A stretch of 63,757 nucleotides of DNA, filler included, from Licmophora abbreviata (lineage: Eukaryota), in assembly GCA_900291995.1 (NCBI GenBank). It is 11 parts of 11 records of this genome, joined end to end, with 100 filler letters (N's around TTAATTAATTAA, not from the genome) between each part and the next. Parts side by side here need not be neighbours in the genome. Positions count along the whole stretch, not along the records: positions 15,682 to 22,936 come from OLMU01001484.1; positions 23,037 to 32,727 come from OLMU01001489.1; positions 32,828 to 36,233 come from OLMU01001490.1; 8 more parts are not named here. One strand, 5' to 3'. Of the stretch, positions 22,550 to 34,035 are shown piece after piece; position 1 is the stretch's first letter; each line of letters opens with the position of its first letter. A program made the position numbers and the translations under genes. The notes under the pieces were generated by a model. That model was not told where the DNA came from. It was given only the letters and a program-made list of their open reading frames with translations, and did no database searches.

Positions 22550-23247
22550 TGTTAAGTGTGTGTCTCAAAAAGAGCGAGTGAGGTGGAGAGAGTATTGGTC
22601 TCGTCGGCGGGCAAAAAGTGGCGATGTCTGGCGATTCGATTGATTGCTTGGCGCCAAAACTCAAGTTGCTCGTGCGTTGACTGACACTGGGTCTGGCGTC
22701 AGTCGGTTCAGAGCATTTGATTGGTTCGAATCGGAAAAAGATGTCATGATTGGTGTCATGCTTCTGACGACGTACGGACGACACAATTTAGAACTTGAAA
22801 GCGAGTCGAGTGAGTCAATCAAGCCCGAATCAATCGAATGATTCGAAACGGAACGATGACGCGAGGGCCGGAGAAAACGCAGAATGCTCGACCGCTCGTC
22901 TTGTGATGTCGTTACAGCTTGGATCCGTGCGTGCCGNNNNNNNNNNNNNNNNNNNNNNNNNNNNNNNNNNNNNNNNNNNNTTAATTAATTAANNNNNNNN
23001 NNNNNNNNNNNNNNNNNNNNNNNNNNNNNNNNNNNNATTCGAGAGTTTCTTGTATTACTCATATCAAAATTCACCTTAACTGTTAAACAATCATTGCAAT
23101 TCGAATGAGATTCGGAGACAGAATGACAGAACACAGATCACAGAACAACCGGAGGAGGTGTGTGTGCGTCAGTTCTTGTTGTTACAGAACTTCGAGCGCT
23201 GCTGCTCGCTCTGTTTCGATCGAAGGATGATCGTTCGGAGAAAGGGA

Positions 23248-25376
23248 ATGTCCGCTGCGGGTCTGGCGGTGCACTTGCTAGCTCTGCTGGGCACTGCCAA
23301 AGGATTCTCGCATTCCAAATTCGGAAGACGAGTTGCGCCCGCCTTCCGTCATCACCTCCGCGTGTATGCCTCCACACAGGAGACTCAGGTTTCAGCCATC
23401 GAAGATTCGTTCGACGAAGATCCGAACAACGGAAGTACGAAACAGGAAGGATCCCATATTTCACTGCCAGAGCACCCCATTCCAGAGAAACTTCTCACTC
23501 TTCCCAGACACTCCCATGAGGGCGTGACAAACATCCTGGAGCAAACAGAGTCTGCCATTCGAGGACTCCACCAGCATTCTCAGAAACTGGATTCAAGTAG
23601 CAGGCTAAGGACGCTCGAGGATGATGATTCAGGGCCTATGCATGGCAAGGTCTTTGCCAATACCTACTTGGACTTGGGAAAGGTCGACACGGTCGGATTC
23701 GACTATGACTACACACTCGTCACATATAAAGAGGAGCTTCTTGATTTGATCTACGATATGGCACTCAAGAGGCTTGTGCACGAGAAGCAATATCCATTAG
23801 AAATGCTGGATGCGGGCATGAAATTCAACCCTCGCTTTAGCATTCGAGGTACGTTCGGCTTTCTTATACGGCTCTGACGCATGGACATTGTCCAGATTCG
23901 AAGCAGAATCTTCTCACACGACGGAAAAAAACGTTTCAACTGCTTTCCAGGCTTGGCTGTTGACAAAACCACCGGCTGGATCTGTCACTTATCTTACACA
24001 CATCATGTGGCGGTTGCGTGGGAAGGTCGACAGAAGGTCCCTACAACTCGATTATACGAAGAGTATCGAGGCAAGAGAGCTCTCAAACCGTCGGAACGCA
24101 AAAAGAGACTTAAACCTCTTAATGATCTCTTCAGCATGGCAGAGTGTTGTCTAATTGCTGATACAGTCCAGTTCTTCAAGGATACAGGTATTCCGTACTG
24201 TCCGAAAAATGCTGTCACGGACGTTCTAGGAGCCATCAGTGCGACTCACATATCGGGAGACTTTCATCGGATAGTGGCGGAGCATCCTGGTCGGTACTTT
24301 AAGCCGACGCCTTATCTGAAGGGAGTGCTACAGAAACTCAAAGATGCTGGCAAGCGTCTTATCTTTGTTAGCAATTCACCGTTTTGGTATGTCGACGCTG
24401 GTATGCGGTATGTTATCGGCGAGAGTTGGATGAATACTTGGGATGCCGTGATTGTCAGCGCTGGGAAACCGAGCTTCTACACTGAGGAAAACCGTCCGTT
24501 CCGAGAAGTCAGCCAGCGGACGGGTCGAGCAACCTTCAAGCGAGTGAGTAGAGGACATGGTGTGCCCTTCGCTGCGACACAGGCGTGCTCGTCATGATCT
24601 AACGCGTGTCTTGCCCGTTCGTTCACAGGTTGAAGGATTCGAAAAGGGTGAAGTCTACACAGAAGGTTGCTTGAGAGAGCTCACTAGAATGATGAACTGG
24701 GCTCGTCCAGAACAGATCGATCCCCGAGTGGACATGAGTGGAGCACGAGAGTTGCTGGGCAGTCCGAATGTGTTGTACATTGGAGATTCACTCTTCGCTG
24801 ATCTTGTAGATGCCAAGCGTGAATTCGGGTGGAGCACCGGAGCGATCACTCCCGAGGTCGGGTACGAGATGGAGATGACACGTGAAGCCGCTTTCGTTCA
24901 TGTTCAAAGAACAATCGATCTCTTGCTTAATGCTCTTCGTCTTTTGCAAGAGGAGCTGGGTCCCGGGCAGCGCTCAGAGGAGGATCTAACCATTCTAGAT
25001 GCTCTGGAACGACTGGTGTCGAAATGGCGCGATCGGGAAACCGCGATCCTTGGCAATCCATGGGGTTCTGTGTTTCGAGCTCGCTACCAGGTGAGAAGAG
25101 TGGCGTTTTGGGGCTCCCGCGTATCATATGAAGAAGCTCGTGGACTGGCTAACCGAGTTTCCTTTCTCGTCAATACAGCCGTCTCTTTTTGCTCACTCTC
25201 TAAGAAGATACTGTGATCTGTACATGAGCAGTGTTAGCAGCCTCCGAAACTATAGTCCACAGCATCGGTTCTACCCTGAGGACTCACGGTTGCTGAGCCA
25301 CGAAATAAGTGAGGTTGACGACGGTTGCTGGGCTTTGGAGGACGTCTTGGCATCGAGCAAAGAGCTTGAACTATAG
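23248..25376 (+). CDS. HAD-superfamily 5'-nucleotidase (cN-II/NT5DC type), probably plastid-targeted; introns 23849-23950, 24544-24628, 25091-25178
   Basis: GFDYDYTL (motif I), FVSNS, AGKP, LYIGDSLFADL, NPWGSVFR; signal peptide ending AKG-F. Confidence 0.9.
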
Positions 25377-25498
25377 ATGATTCTGTCACAGTGAAAGGTG
25401 CCGAAGGGTCGTAGACCAAGATATAAACATTATTTTGTGCACATTCAACCGACCGATAGATGTAGCTTTATACTAGCACTATGTTCAACAACCCCAAA

Positions 25499-26944
25499 CT
25501 ATGTCCTTGGACCGTTCGTCTCGGACGGTCCTCGGAATCGAAGCCCACCTGTCTCTATTTCTACCACTCCGCACGCCCTGGCTCCATTCGCCCACCACTT
25601 CTTTCCTGCATGTCCGGCCTTGCACTTTGACACTTGATATTCCACCAGTTGCTTCTGGACGTTTTTGTCGACTTGCCTGCACTTCCCATTGAAGTGTGAG
25701 ACGTCCATGTTCTGAGCAGCTTGGTATAGGGCACGAAGAGTCGCTGGGAAATACATGGAGCCTCTTGGACGTTCATGCGACGGCAGTATGGCGCAATGCT
25801 TGCACCGAATGCCGACATGGCCCGCAGAAATATCACGCCTTCGTCCGGCACCCATGCTGTGTAGGTCGTGAGGAGTGGCTTCAAAGAACTCAATTTGCTT
25901 CCGCAGGAGGACCTGGTGGGCGGAAAGAACGTCCTCATCGCACGGCATGAACATATCGACCGGTGGATGACCCGCCTCTACTCCAAAAGCGCGTAAGCTT
26001 GGGTGCCTGGCTGCAAGACCAAGGCTAGCTTCGGAGGCAGGAACGGGTGGAAGACCAAGAAATCGGCGAGTACGCCAGTCCAGACTGCGTTCCAAAGCAG
26101 ATTCAGGAGCGACAGGAAAGGCCGATGGTGGGAGAGCGCCAGCGCGCATGGCAGCTGTGGCTTGAAGAGGAGCACCGACTTGCGGACCATAAGCAAGCAG
26201 TGCAGATGCGGGGGTCTGAGACCCCAACGGCGGCCTTGGGATCGCCCCAGGGTAAAGACTGGCGGAAGACAAGGGAAGGCCCGGCAGTAGTGGAATGCCA
26301 ACCTGGTCACCATGCGACTGTAGAAGCGACAGCTGTTCGTCGATATCGGCCGTGAGCCGTGGGAAGGAAGCACCTGCCCTTGACGCCAGAATCCTTTCCG
26401 CTGCCCGCGTCGCAGCAATCTCTCGGAGGAGATGCTCGCGTTCTTCATGTTGACGCTGCAGCAAGAAATGCGAAGGATGAACACCTGGAGACGGAAATAC
26501 GAGGTGTGGTCCGGGACGAGATGCTAATTGATGAGCAAGGAAGGCCTGATACCCTGAGTTTGGCATACGAGGAACGCTGGCCGCGAATGACGGTTGCATC
26601 GCGAACGCTGCAGCGGCATCATTGCGAAGAAGTTGGGATCGCAAAGAGGCGACCGGCTCAGGGGCGGTGCTTGGAGCAGAAGCGCTCAGGCCTGTCTTCG
26701 CAATGCCTAGTTCCCTGGGACCCAGACGACTTGGGACAGACACAGCGCCAGCACGCTCTTCCGTGGGAGGGTCAATGTCCGATGCGGGCTGATCGCTTGC
26801 AAGTCTGGGCCTCGAGGTTGGCCGGTGACTTTCATGAAAGTCCTGTGGCGAGCCCTTGGCGTTTTCAGACGCTGCTTCGCGGTCTCTCTTCCTTTCCAGA
26901 GCCGGACTATCCTGAATCTGGCTTCCTAAGGGGAGTTGACGCAT
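25499..26944 (-). CDS. Uncharacterised protein with C-terminal VGIRCxHC domain (putative Zn-binding regulator)
   Basis: 481-aa ORF; Ala/Pro/Leu-rich N-terminus, then LSAHQVLLRKQIEFFEA..VGIRCKHC..YFP..LYQAAQNM..HF..C. Confidence 0.7.
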   Translation of the reverse strand: MRQLPLGSQIQDSPALERKRDREAASENAKGSPQDFHESHRPTSRPRLASDQPASDIDPPTEERAGAVSVPSRLGPRELGIAKTGLSASAPSTAPEPVASLRSQLLRNDAAAAFAMQPSFAASVPRMPNSGYQAFLAHQLASRPGPHLVFPSPGVHPSHFLLQRQHEEREHLLREIAATRAAERILASRAGASFPRLTADIDEQLSLLQSHGDQVGIPLLPGLPLSSASLYPGAIPRPPLGSQTPASALLAYGPQVGAPLQATAAMRAGALPPSAFPVAPESALERSLDWRTRRFLGLPPVPASEASLGLAARHPSLRAFGVEAGHPPVDMFMPCDEDVLSAHQVLLRKQIEFFEATPHDLHSMGAGRRRDISAGHVGIRCKHCAILPSHERPRGSMYFPATLRALYQAAQNMDVSHFNGKCRQVDKNVQKQLVEYQVSKCKAGHAGKKWWANGARACGVVEIETGGLRFRGPSETNGPRT

Positions 26945-27540
26945 GGTAGGTTTGTATGATACAGTTCGTGCAACAAGGAAGGACTTGATGGTTCACCATG
27001 TCCAGCGTGTCCATGGAAGTGAGGCGCGACATCGCGGACAGAAGGCCTATCTCAGCTTGAAGATCACAGAACGTCGGGTTCGGATTGTGTACTGGTTCCC
27101 ATAAGTAATGTGATCGTGCAAAATTCTCTGCCTTCTTTTTGTGGTGTAAATAAACGCCGTCGTACCTCGAATTCACTCTTCCTGTTTGTATGAAAACTCT
27201 TATTTTGACGAGCTATTCCGATCCCGATTTCGACCACGTACTAGAATATGACACTGATGTGACATTCATAGAATGAATGTCTTTTTTTCTTCAACTTCAG
27301 CGCTCTTGAGGAATTCGAATGAATCGAAATTATCAGGTCATGAGCTATATCTGCTAATTGCGCGGGTGCGCGCGGAACGGTCATTTTTCTTCCCAACGCA
27401 TCTCAACTTTCATCAACTTCTTTTCCACCACCACGTCCCCACCCACCCCACACGCCCAACACTTGGATGGAGGTTTAGGTCGTCGTGCGGCGCTGCTTCT
27501 CCTTTCTCACCTCCTTTCATACATACTCTAACTGACTGAC

Positions 27541-30384
27541 ATGTTAAAGCCCCCTGGTTCCTCTTCAGCTCGCGCCGCTCAGCGTTCGAGCCGTCGGAAG
27601 ACGCAAGAGAATCCCGATGACGTAGTTCGTCAGTTGCAGCGTCTGCCTCCCAACAAAAAGTGCGCGGATTGTTCTTCTATGGGCCCCCCATATGTGAATT
27701 TGACGGTCGGCACATTCGTCTGTATGGCCTGCTCCGGCGTTCTACGTGAACTGAATCATCGCGTGAAAGGGATTGGTCATTCAAGCTTTACGGCGGAAGA
27801 GGTGGAACGCCTGAAGAAAAGTAACAATGACCAGATCAACGAGCAATATTTGGCACGGTACTCGTTTGCCAAGGAACGGCTCAAGGCGCCCGCAGATAAC
27901 AACGACTTGCAGCATCTGAAGATCTGGATTCGACGCAAGTACCATGACAAGGCATGGTACAGCATCAAGGGCAGCCAGGAAGCGGAAGCACAGCCGACAG
28001 TCGTTCAAGTCCCGGCAGCTAAGAAGGAACCGTCGCAGGACCTGTTGGGATTCGACAGTGCGCCGGCGGCTCCCGCCCCTGCGGCGAGCAATTGGGATGC
28101 CTTTGGAGGAAATGCGCCGGCTCCTGCCGTACCAGCAAGTCCAGCCTTTCAGGCAAACTTTGCCAGCTTTGATCAATCTGGCACTCCGAATCAGCAGCCG
28201 CAAGTTCCGAATGGACAAGGCTTTGCGAATTTCCCGTCTCCGCAGTCCCAGCCCCCGCAGCAGCCACCCCCGCCGCAGCAGCCCCCTCCGAAAACCGACT
28301 TTGCGAGCTTCCCTCCTCCCACCCAGCCACAGCAGCCGACAGGACAGCCTAGTGGCCCAGGCTTTGCGAATTTCCCGCAGCAACAGCAGCCTGTTCCGAA
28401 CCAAGCTTTCGCCACTTTCAATCAGCAACAATCACCGCCGCAGCCGCAGGGATTTGCGAACTTTGAACAGCAACATCCCGCACCGCAAGTGCCACCTCAA
28501 CAACAGCCGCCTCAGCAGTTCGCGGGTTTTCCGCAGGCGGGAGGAATCGCGCAGCAGCCAATCCCACCGCAACAAGTGAGTCACCAGCTACCACACTCGA
28601 CGAACCAGCCGCAGCAGCAGTTTCAGTCGCCGATGCCACAGAACAACAGCAATGTTCAACAGCTAGCGCCAATGCAAGCTGCACAGCAGCAGCAGGGCGG
28701 ACAGGCGCCGGTCTCGAACCAGGGTATGCCATCGCAGCCGCACCCACACGGGCAAGGATTCGCGAGTTTCCAGCAACCAACCGGGCCAAACGATCCGCCA
28801 ATGAGTACAATGCAACCGCCTCCACAGATGCTGGCCCAAGGAATGGCACAGCCCGGTTTCGTCAATTTCCAGCAACCGGGGCAGCCACCGCATGTATCCA
28901 CTCTACAGCCAGGGCAGCCCCAGCAACACCCAATTCCACAGGATACTCAAGGGGGATTTCAACAGGCTCCGACTCACCAGCCGATCCACCAGACGCAGAT
29001 GCAGCCACCGAGTACCACTCAGGCTGGCGCCATGGTTCAAGCTTCAGCGCCGGCTCTGTCGCAGGCATCGACCATGCAACAGGCGCCCCAACAGCAACCG
29101 CAGCCAAGTGTAATGGCTCAGCCTGCTCCGCCGCAGCCACATGCTCCTAGTCAGCGAATTCCGGTCGCCCCTGTCCAGGCTCCTCCTGCGAGTGACGCGT
29201 CTGCTGCGTCAGGAACCATGAGTGCATCAAGTGATCGCCAGAATGCGTTTGAGGCATTTTCTTCGCTATCGGTAGATTCCAAAACCAAAGAGAACGCAAA
29301 AGCAGTATTGTCGGTTCCTGACGAAGCGACAAAAACCATTGCGCCCACTCCTCCGAATAGACCAGTTTCCACTTTCAAAGAGGGACAAACCGTGGTCTAC
29401 AGCAACAGTAATGGCGACATGAGCATTGCGATGATCGTCAAAATCCATTTTGACGACGAACTGGAGCCTTTCTACACGATCAAGCTGTCAAGTGGAAAAG
29501 AGAAACAAACCGACGACGCTCATTTGAGTATTCCGAAAACATCTCCGATTCACGAAGAGATCGCGAATATGTTGCTCCTGTTTTCCCCGGAACAGTTGAT
29601 GACGGTTCAGCAGTTCGTCGCGGGCATTGCGAATTCACAGACCGCCAACTCAGGGACGCCGACTTCTTTCCATGCGCCTTCGAGCCAAGGGCAACCCACT
29701 GCGACTGTAGCTCCCGCTCCCCAGTCTTCCTCAACAAACGGTCACGAGGGCACCTTTGCGCTCTCGTCTGCCCCTCCGACCCCAGATCCCAAGTCCGGGA
29801 GTGCTCCGGTAGGCCGATGGTCAGGTATACCTAGTCCATCATCTCATCAGCAGAATGGAATGGGATTCGGGGGGACTCCGAGTCCCGCCGGGCCTTCAGC
29901 AGCAACCCAGGGACAGCAGAGAGGTGGCCCAGCACCATCATTGTATCAACATCAACCGTCTGGGCCCGCGTTGCAGGTTCAATCGGGAAGCGTCTCAGCC
30001 CCGCCAGTCTACCACCAGCAGTCTGGAGGCGCACCGATGCCGCCAACAAGCGCTCAGGCTCCCCAAAGAGTTGCCTCTATTGCGCCGAATGGCTACCAAC
30101 AACCACAGCAGCATCAAAATATTCAGCCTGCGAACACAATGCAGATTCAGCAGCAGCACGCTCAAGTACGACAGGGCTATCCTCAGCAACTGAATCATGC
30201 TACCGCTGCTCCCAATATTAACCGGATGTCACCACACACGGCTCCTGCTCCGCAGGCAAACCAGCAACAAGGAGTACAAGTGCAGTTCACACAACAAGGC
30301 TCAACGATGGGCCATCAGCAGATGGCTCCTACGGGTATGCCTGCATCGCCGAAAGGCAACCCGTTTGATATGTATGACGACTGA
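27541..30384 (+). CDS. ArfGAP (AGFG/AGD14-like) with Q/P-rich tail and terminal NPF
   Basis: CADC-x16-CMAC-x4-R zinc finger; repeated FANF/FASF; ends KGNPFDMYDD. Confidence 0.92.
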   Translation: MLKPPGSSSARAAQRSSRRKTQENPDDVVRQLQRLPPNKKCADCSSMGPPYVNLTVGTFVCMACSGVLRELNHRVKGIGHSSFTAEEVERLKKSNNDQINEQYLARYSFAKERLKAPADNNDLQHLKIWIRRKYHDKAWYSIKGSQEAEAQPTVVQVPAAKKEPSQDLLGFDSAPAAPAPAASNWDAFGGNAPAPAVPASPAFQANFASFDQSGTPNQQPQVPNGQGFANFPSPQSQPPQQPPPPQQPPPKTDFASFPPPTQPQQPTGQPSGPGFANFPQQQQPVPNQAFATFNQQQSPPQPQGFANFEQQHPAPQVPPQQQPPQQFAGFPQAGGIAQQPIPPQQVSHQLPHSTNQPQQQFQSPMPQNNSNVQQLAPMQAAQQQQGGQAPVSNQGMPSQPHPHGQGFASFQQPTGPNDPPMSTMQPPPQMLAQGMAQPGFVNFQQPGQPPHVSTLQPGQPQQHPIPQDTQGGFQQAPTHQPIHQTQMQPPSTTQAGAMVQASAPALSQASTMQQAPQQQPQPSVMAQPAPPQPHAPSQRIPVAPVQAPPASDASAASGTMSASSDRQNAFEAFSSLSVDSKTKENAKAVLSVPDEATKTIAPTPPNRPVSTFKEGQTVVYSNSNGDMSIAMIVKIHFDDELEPFYTIKLSSGKEKQTDDAHLSIPKTSPIHEEIANMLLLFSPEQLMTVQQFVAGIANSQTANSGTPTSFHAPSSQGQPTATVAPAPQSSSTNGHEGTFALSSAPPTPDPKSGSAPVGRWSGIPSPSSHQQNGMGFGGTPSPAGPSAATQGQQRGGPAPSLYQHQPSGPALQVQSGSVSAPPVYHQQSGGAPMPPTSAQAPQRVASIAPNGYQQPQQHQNIQPANTMQIQQQHAQVRQGYPQQLNHATAAPNINRMSPHTAPAPQANQQQGVQVQFTQQGSTMGHQQMAPTGMPASPKGNPFDMYDD

Positions 30385-30461
30385 GTAGCAAATTCGAATG
30401 GACAGACGGAGTAGTAACTTATATTATCAGAACTAATCGCTTAGCATTGGTTAGGGCTATA

Positions 30462-32480
30462 TTACGACCACAAGACGTTGGACGCCAGTACAGTTGCCAG
30501 CATGCAGACTGACACAATACGACAAATCATTGATGCGTCCGATGTTGGCAGTGTCGTGGGTGGGGGGCTTGCAATTGCGTCCGATGTTGGCAAGGTCGTT
30601 GGTGGGGGCGTCGCTGTTGGGGGACTCACCGGTGATCCAGCATACGCAAATGTGTTGACATCTTCGATGAAGAACTCTCCTCCTTCGAAAAGAAGAGATC
30701 CTTCGCCTTCACGAGCGGGCCCCAACCAGACCTGATAGAACCCATCCCCAAAGGCACAGCACAGGCCGTTCCTTTCATTGTCTGTCATCGTGAATCGGTA
30801 GTTTATCGGTTCGGAGCCTGGCAGAAGCAAATCTATCTCCTCCTCGACCCGCGTGTTACTCTGGTCGTACATACCAGGGTACGTGATGGCAATGAGTATA
30901 GGGTCATTCTCCTCCAGCAGAGCTTCCAGTATCCATCCCGATTCTGCTGGACGCTGATCCAGCCCGATCACAAGGGTGATAAATGGTCGTGAACTAGTCG
31001 GTGCAGACGACGGCATGTGCGTAGCTGATGGAGCTGGACTTTGTGAGGGAAAGGCAGTCGGAAGCCCGCCAACAACAAAATCAAACTCTCGTGAAAAGCT
31101 TCTGCGACCGCCCCCTTGAACAGGTTCATCGATGAAGTAGACGCCTGTCGTCTCAGTACTATTTGCGCCTTCGTACACGGAAAGACTGCCACGAATATCC
31201 TGCGCTAAGTCCAGAACAATCAGCTTGTACGCACGGTTGTTGGGAACCTCCACTGTCTCTTTTACATCTTCGCGAAAGCCCAGATTCGAATACGAGAATA
31301 GGGGTGAGGAGTAGTACGATACGGCTTCCCCTTCCTCATTGGTAGATTCTAGTATCCACCCGAGGCCGGCAGCGGATATGTACCCATTCAGCTCGATGGA
31401 AAGGGAGATCAATTCTCCGGTAAAGTCTGGTTCCCGCGATGCCATTTCAGGACAATTAAAATCCTCCGGAGGGTTACTTGACAACCGACACACTGTTTCA
31501 TCAATCCAATCTCTCACATACGAAAGTCGTGCGTACAATCCAGGGAACTGGCCGTTCGCACAAGGCCGTATCCCGTACGAAACGACTCCTACCTGTACGT
31601 CGATACCATCTTGTACAGATATCAAAGGACCTCCTGTTCATGCACGACAGACGAGTGTCAGCGTTCAATCTTTGCCGCCTGAATACCAGTACCGAGGCCA
31701 AAACATAGTGTGTTGTCTGAACCAAGACCCACTTACCTGAATCCCCACGACATGCATCTTCGCCGTTGACAAAGTCGATCGCACAAAGACTGACCCCAAT
31801 CACTCTTTGCTCGAAGCCAGGAAACTCCTTACACCGCTCATTGGGAATGTAGTTAATAGTAGTTTCTTGCAGTACATCCGCTATCAAATCTATACTTGGA
31901 TCAGTTAACCCCCACCCCATGACGGTTAACTCATCTCCTTCTGTAGTCGGGAGGTTTGGATTCTGATTGAGACGCACCGCGGGTTGCGCGGACGAACCAT
32001 AGAGTCTGACGAGAGCAAAATCGAATTCATCGACATCCTCGCTCGCCTGACCGGGGTTTCGGTAGTAGAAAGGATGTGTTTGTCCCTCTCTTACAAGAAA
32101 GCTTTCATACGTCTCATCGAAATCCGAGCGATTATACCGACCGACCTGTACTTCAAAGAACTCACCGGCACAGTGAGCTGCAAACAAGACCACGTCGGGC
32201 GCCACCAGCTGAGACGCAGAGCGAGTATTCAGGGCACGAGAGGCAGAAGGTACAAGCCGATGAGTATCTTATGAGACAGGACAGCAGGAAATTAACGTCA
32301 GATACGCACTGTTCCCCCGCATTGATGGCCACTGAAGCCCCGAAGACTGGCCATGTAAGGGTACCGGCCAACCGGTGCGTTCTCGCCTCCAATGATGTAA
32401 CTCTCTCCGCCTTGCCTGAGTCCTTGACGACCCTGGCAGCCTACTAAACAAGTAGCAATACCAAAGGCTCGTAGCCGCAT
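30462..32480 (-). CDS. Secreted trypsin-like (S1) serine protease with accessory domains and GPI-like tail; introns 32209-32309, 31634-31736
   Basis: Signal peptide, IIGG, CGGT|LVAPD..AAHC, DFAL, DACRGDS|GGPL; TDNERNGLCCAFGDG module; duplicated PPPTTLPTSDA stalk; hydrophobic C-terminus. Confidence 0.92.
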
Positions 32481-32827
32481 CTTGGCTTAGAAAAAGATGA
32501 CAACGATTGCACCACAGTGCCAAGTACCAGGTACAATCTATCGTGCCAAACCTGCGATGATCATCGCTTTGACTAGTCCGGGTTTCTTCGTCCAACTCTA
32601 AGATTAGGTGCTGGGTCATACAGGAGTCGTAGGTCTGGTGGTAACCGGAGCTAATACTTGTCTCGGGTGCACCGCACCTAAACTCCGCTGGTGAAGTAGT
32701 CGCCAGCAGGGCGGGTGGGTGGGAAAGNNNNNNNNNNNNNNNNNNNNNNNNNNNNNNNNNNNNNNNNNNNNTTAATTAATTAANNNNNNNNNNNNNNNNN
32801 NNNNNNNNNNNNNNNNNNNNNNNNNNN

Positions 32828-34035
32828 GGAGGCCGGTTCCTTTCGGTATTCGCTGTCGTCGGCGTCGAGGGGGCGGAGGACATCGTCGATCGCATGCAAG
32901 AGGGTTCGTCAAACGTAATTCAAACGTTCGGCGTTTCCTTGGGCAAGACCGAGAAAGTCGTCCACGAAGATATCAAAATAGGCTGCTCGTCTGGCATTTC
33001 GTACTTGTAACGAGGGATCGCGGTCGGTTGGTATCTGCGTTGAGCCATGGAGGCCAGAAGCAGGCACGAATACGGCTTCGGTGGTGTCGGGATCTGGCTG
33101 AGTATCGGCGACCTCGTCGAGTCGGTGTGGGAGGACAGAACGGTTCTTGAGGAGGCGCTGGTTGGCAATATCGGCGATCGTCTCCGTGACAGCTGAAAAA
33201 ATGGGGGGGGGGGGGGGAGGTTCTTCCAGCCCATTGGTAGCGCCAGCGGAAAGGCTAGGAGGGGATCGGATTGGTCATCGGCTGGGTAGATCATGGCAAG
33301 CTTAGGCACATCTTCTAGCCGGACCCAGACGCGATAGAATCCATCCGAGAGGTCTACCTTGAGCATCTTGACCGGGCCGAAGCGGGGGTCAGCTAGAACG
33401 ATGTGTCGAAGGTATCTCTCCAGTGCTCGACCGAACTGCATGGCCTCCATTGGAGCTATAGGTAGGGTCTCGTCATTCTGCCCGTGGAAACTGAAGTCGC
33501 AAATCACGCGTGGTCGTCTTCCATGTTGGGGCACAACGCCAAATGGCGCGATGCGCAATCCTTTAATGGTGCGGGCGAGGCTATAAGGAAGGAGTAGCCA
33601 GAACCCTTTCTGGATGAAGTCGATCATCTCTTCGTGTAGGAACGGTAGGTGTTCGTACAAGGATCGATGGGGCCCTCGGCCGACTGCGGCGCGTACGCGG
33701 GAGTGGGACCATGGAGGGGTGGAGTATACCACCGGCGCACCTCGTCGGCTGTATTGGCGGAGGAGGCGGTGCGCGGGATGGGTTTTAATGTTTTGGAGAT
33801 TGGTGAAGTCACCGCGGCCACGACGGAGGCGTATCAGTGTAGGCAAACCGTGGGTTTTAAATAGAGTTACGTCACGCTTCACTAACTCACCAAGTGTCTC
33901 CGATGAGGACGGCTTCACTCTCTTTGTCTGAGAGATCAGCAGGTCCGGGGAAATTGCTCGCTTCTTGGTGTAGGCAGTGGCAGGTGACAATGGCTCTAGA
34001 CTGGGGCCCATGCGGCCCGAGTCCTTGCCGATCAC
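32828..34035 (-). pseudogene. Reverse transcriptase ORF2, frameshifted at C15 tract (33203-33217), premature TGA (32909-32911), 3'-truncated by gap
   Basis: IAPFGVVPQ..RPRVICDFS, KVDLSDGFYRV, LPMGWKN; after the shift IFSAVTETIADIAN..YFDIFVDDFLG..YV*RTLLHAIDDVLRP. Confidence 0.85.

Noticed and set aside
27777..30388. Many antisense and alternate-frame ORFs inside long genes (here and throughout)
   Set aside because: Shadow ORFs expected in GC-balanced, low-complexity coding DNA.
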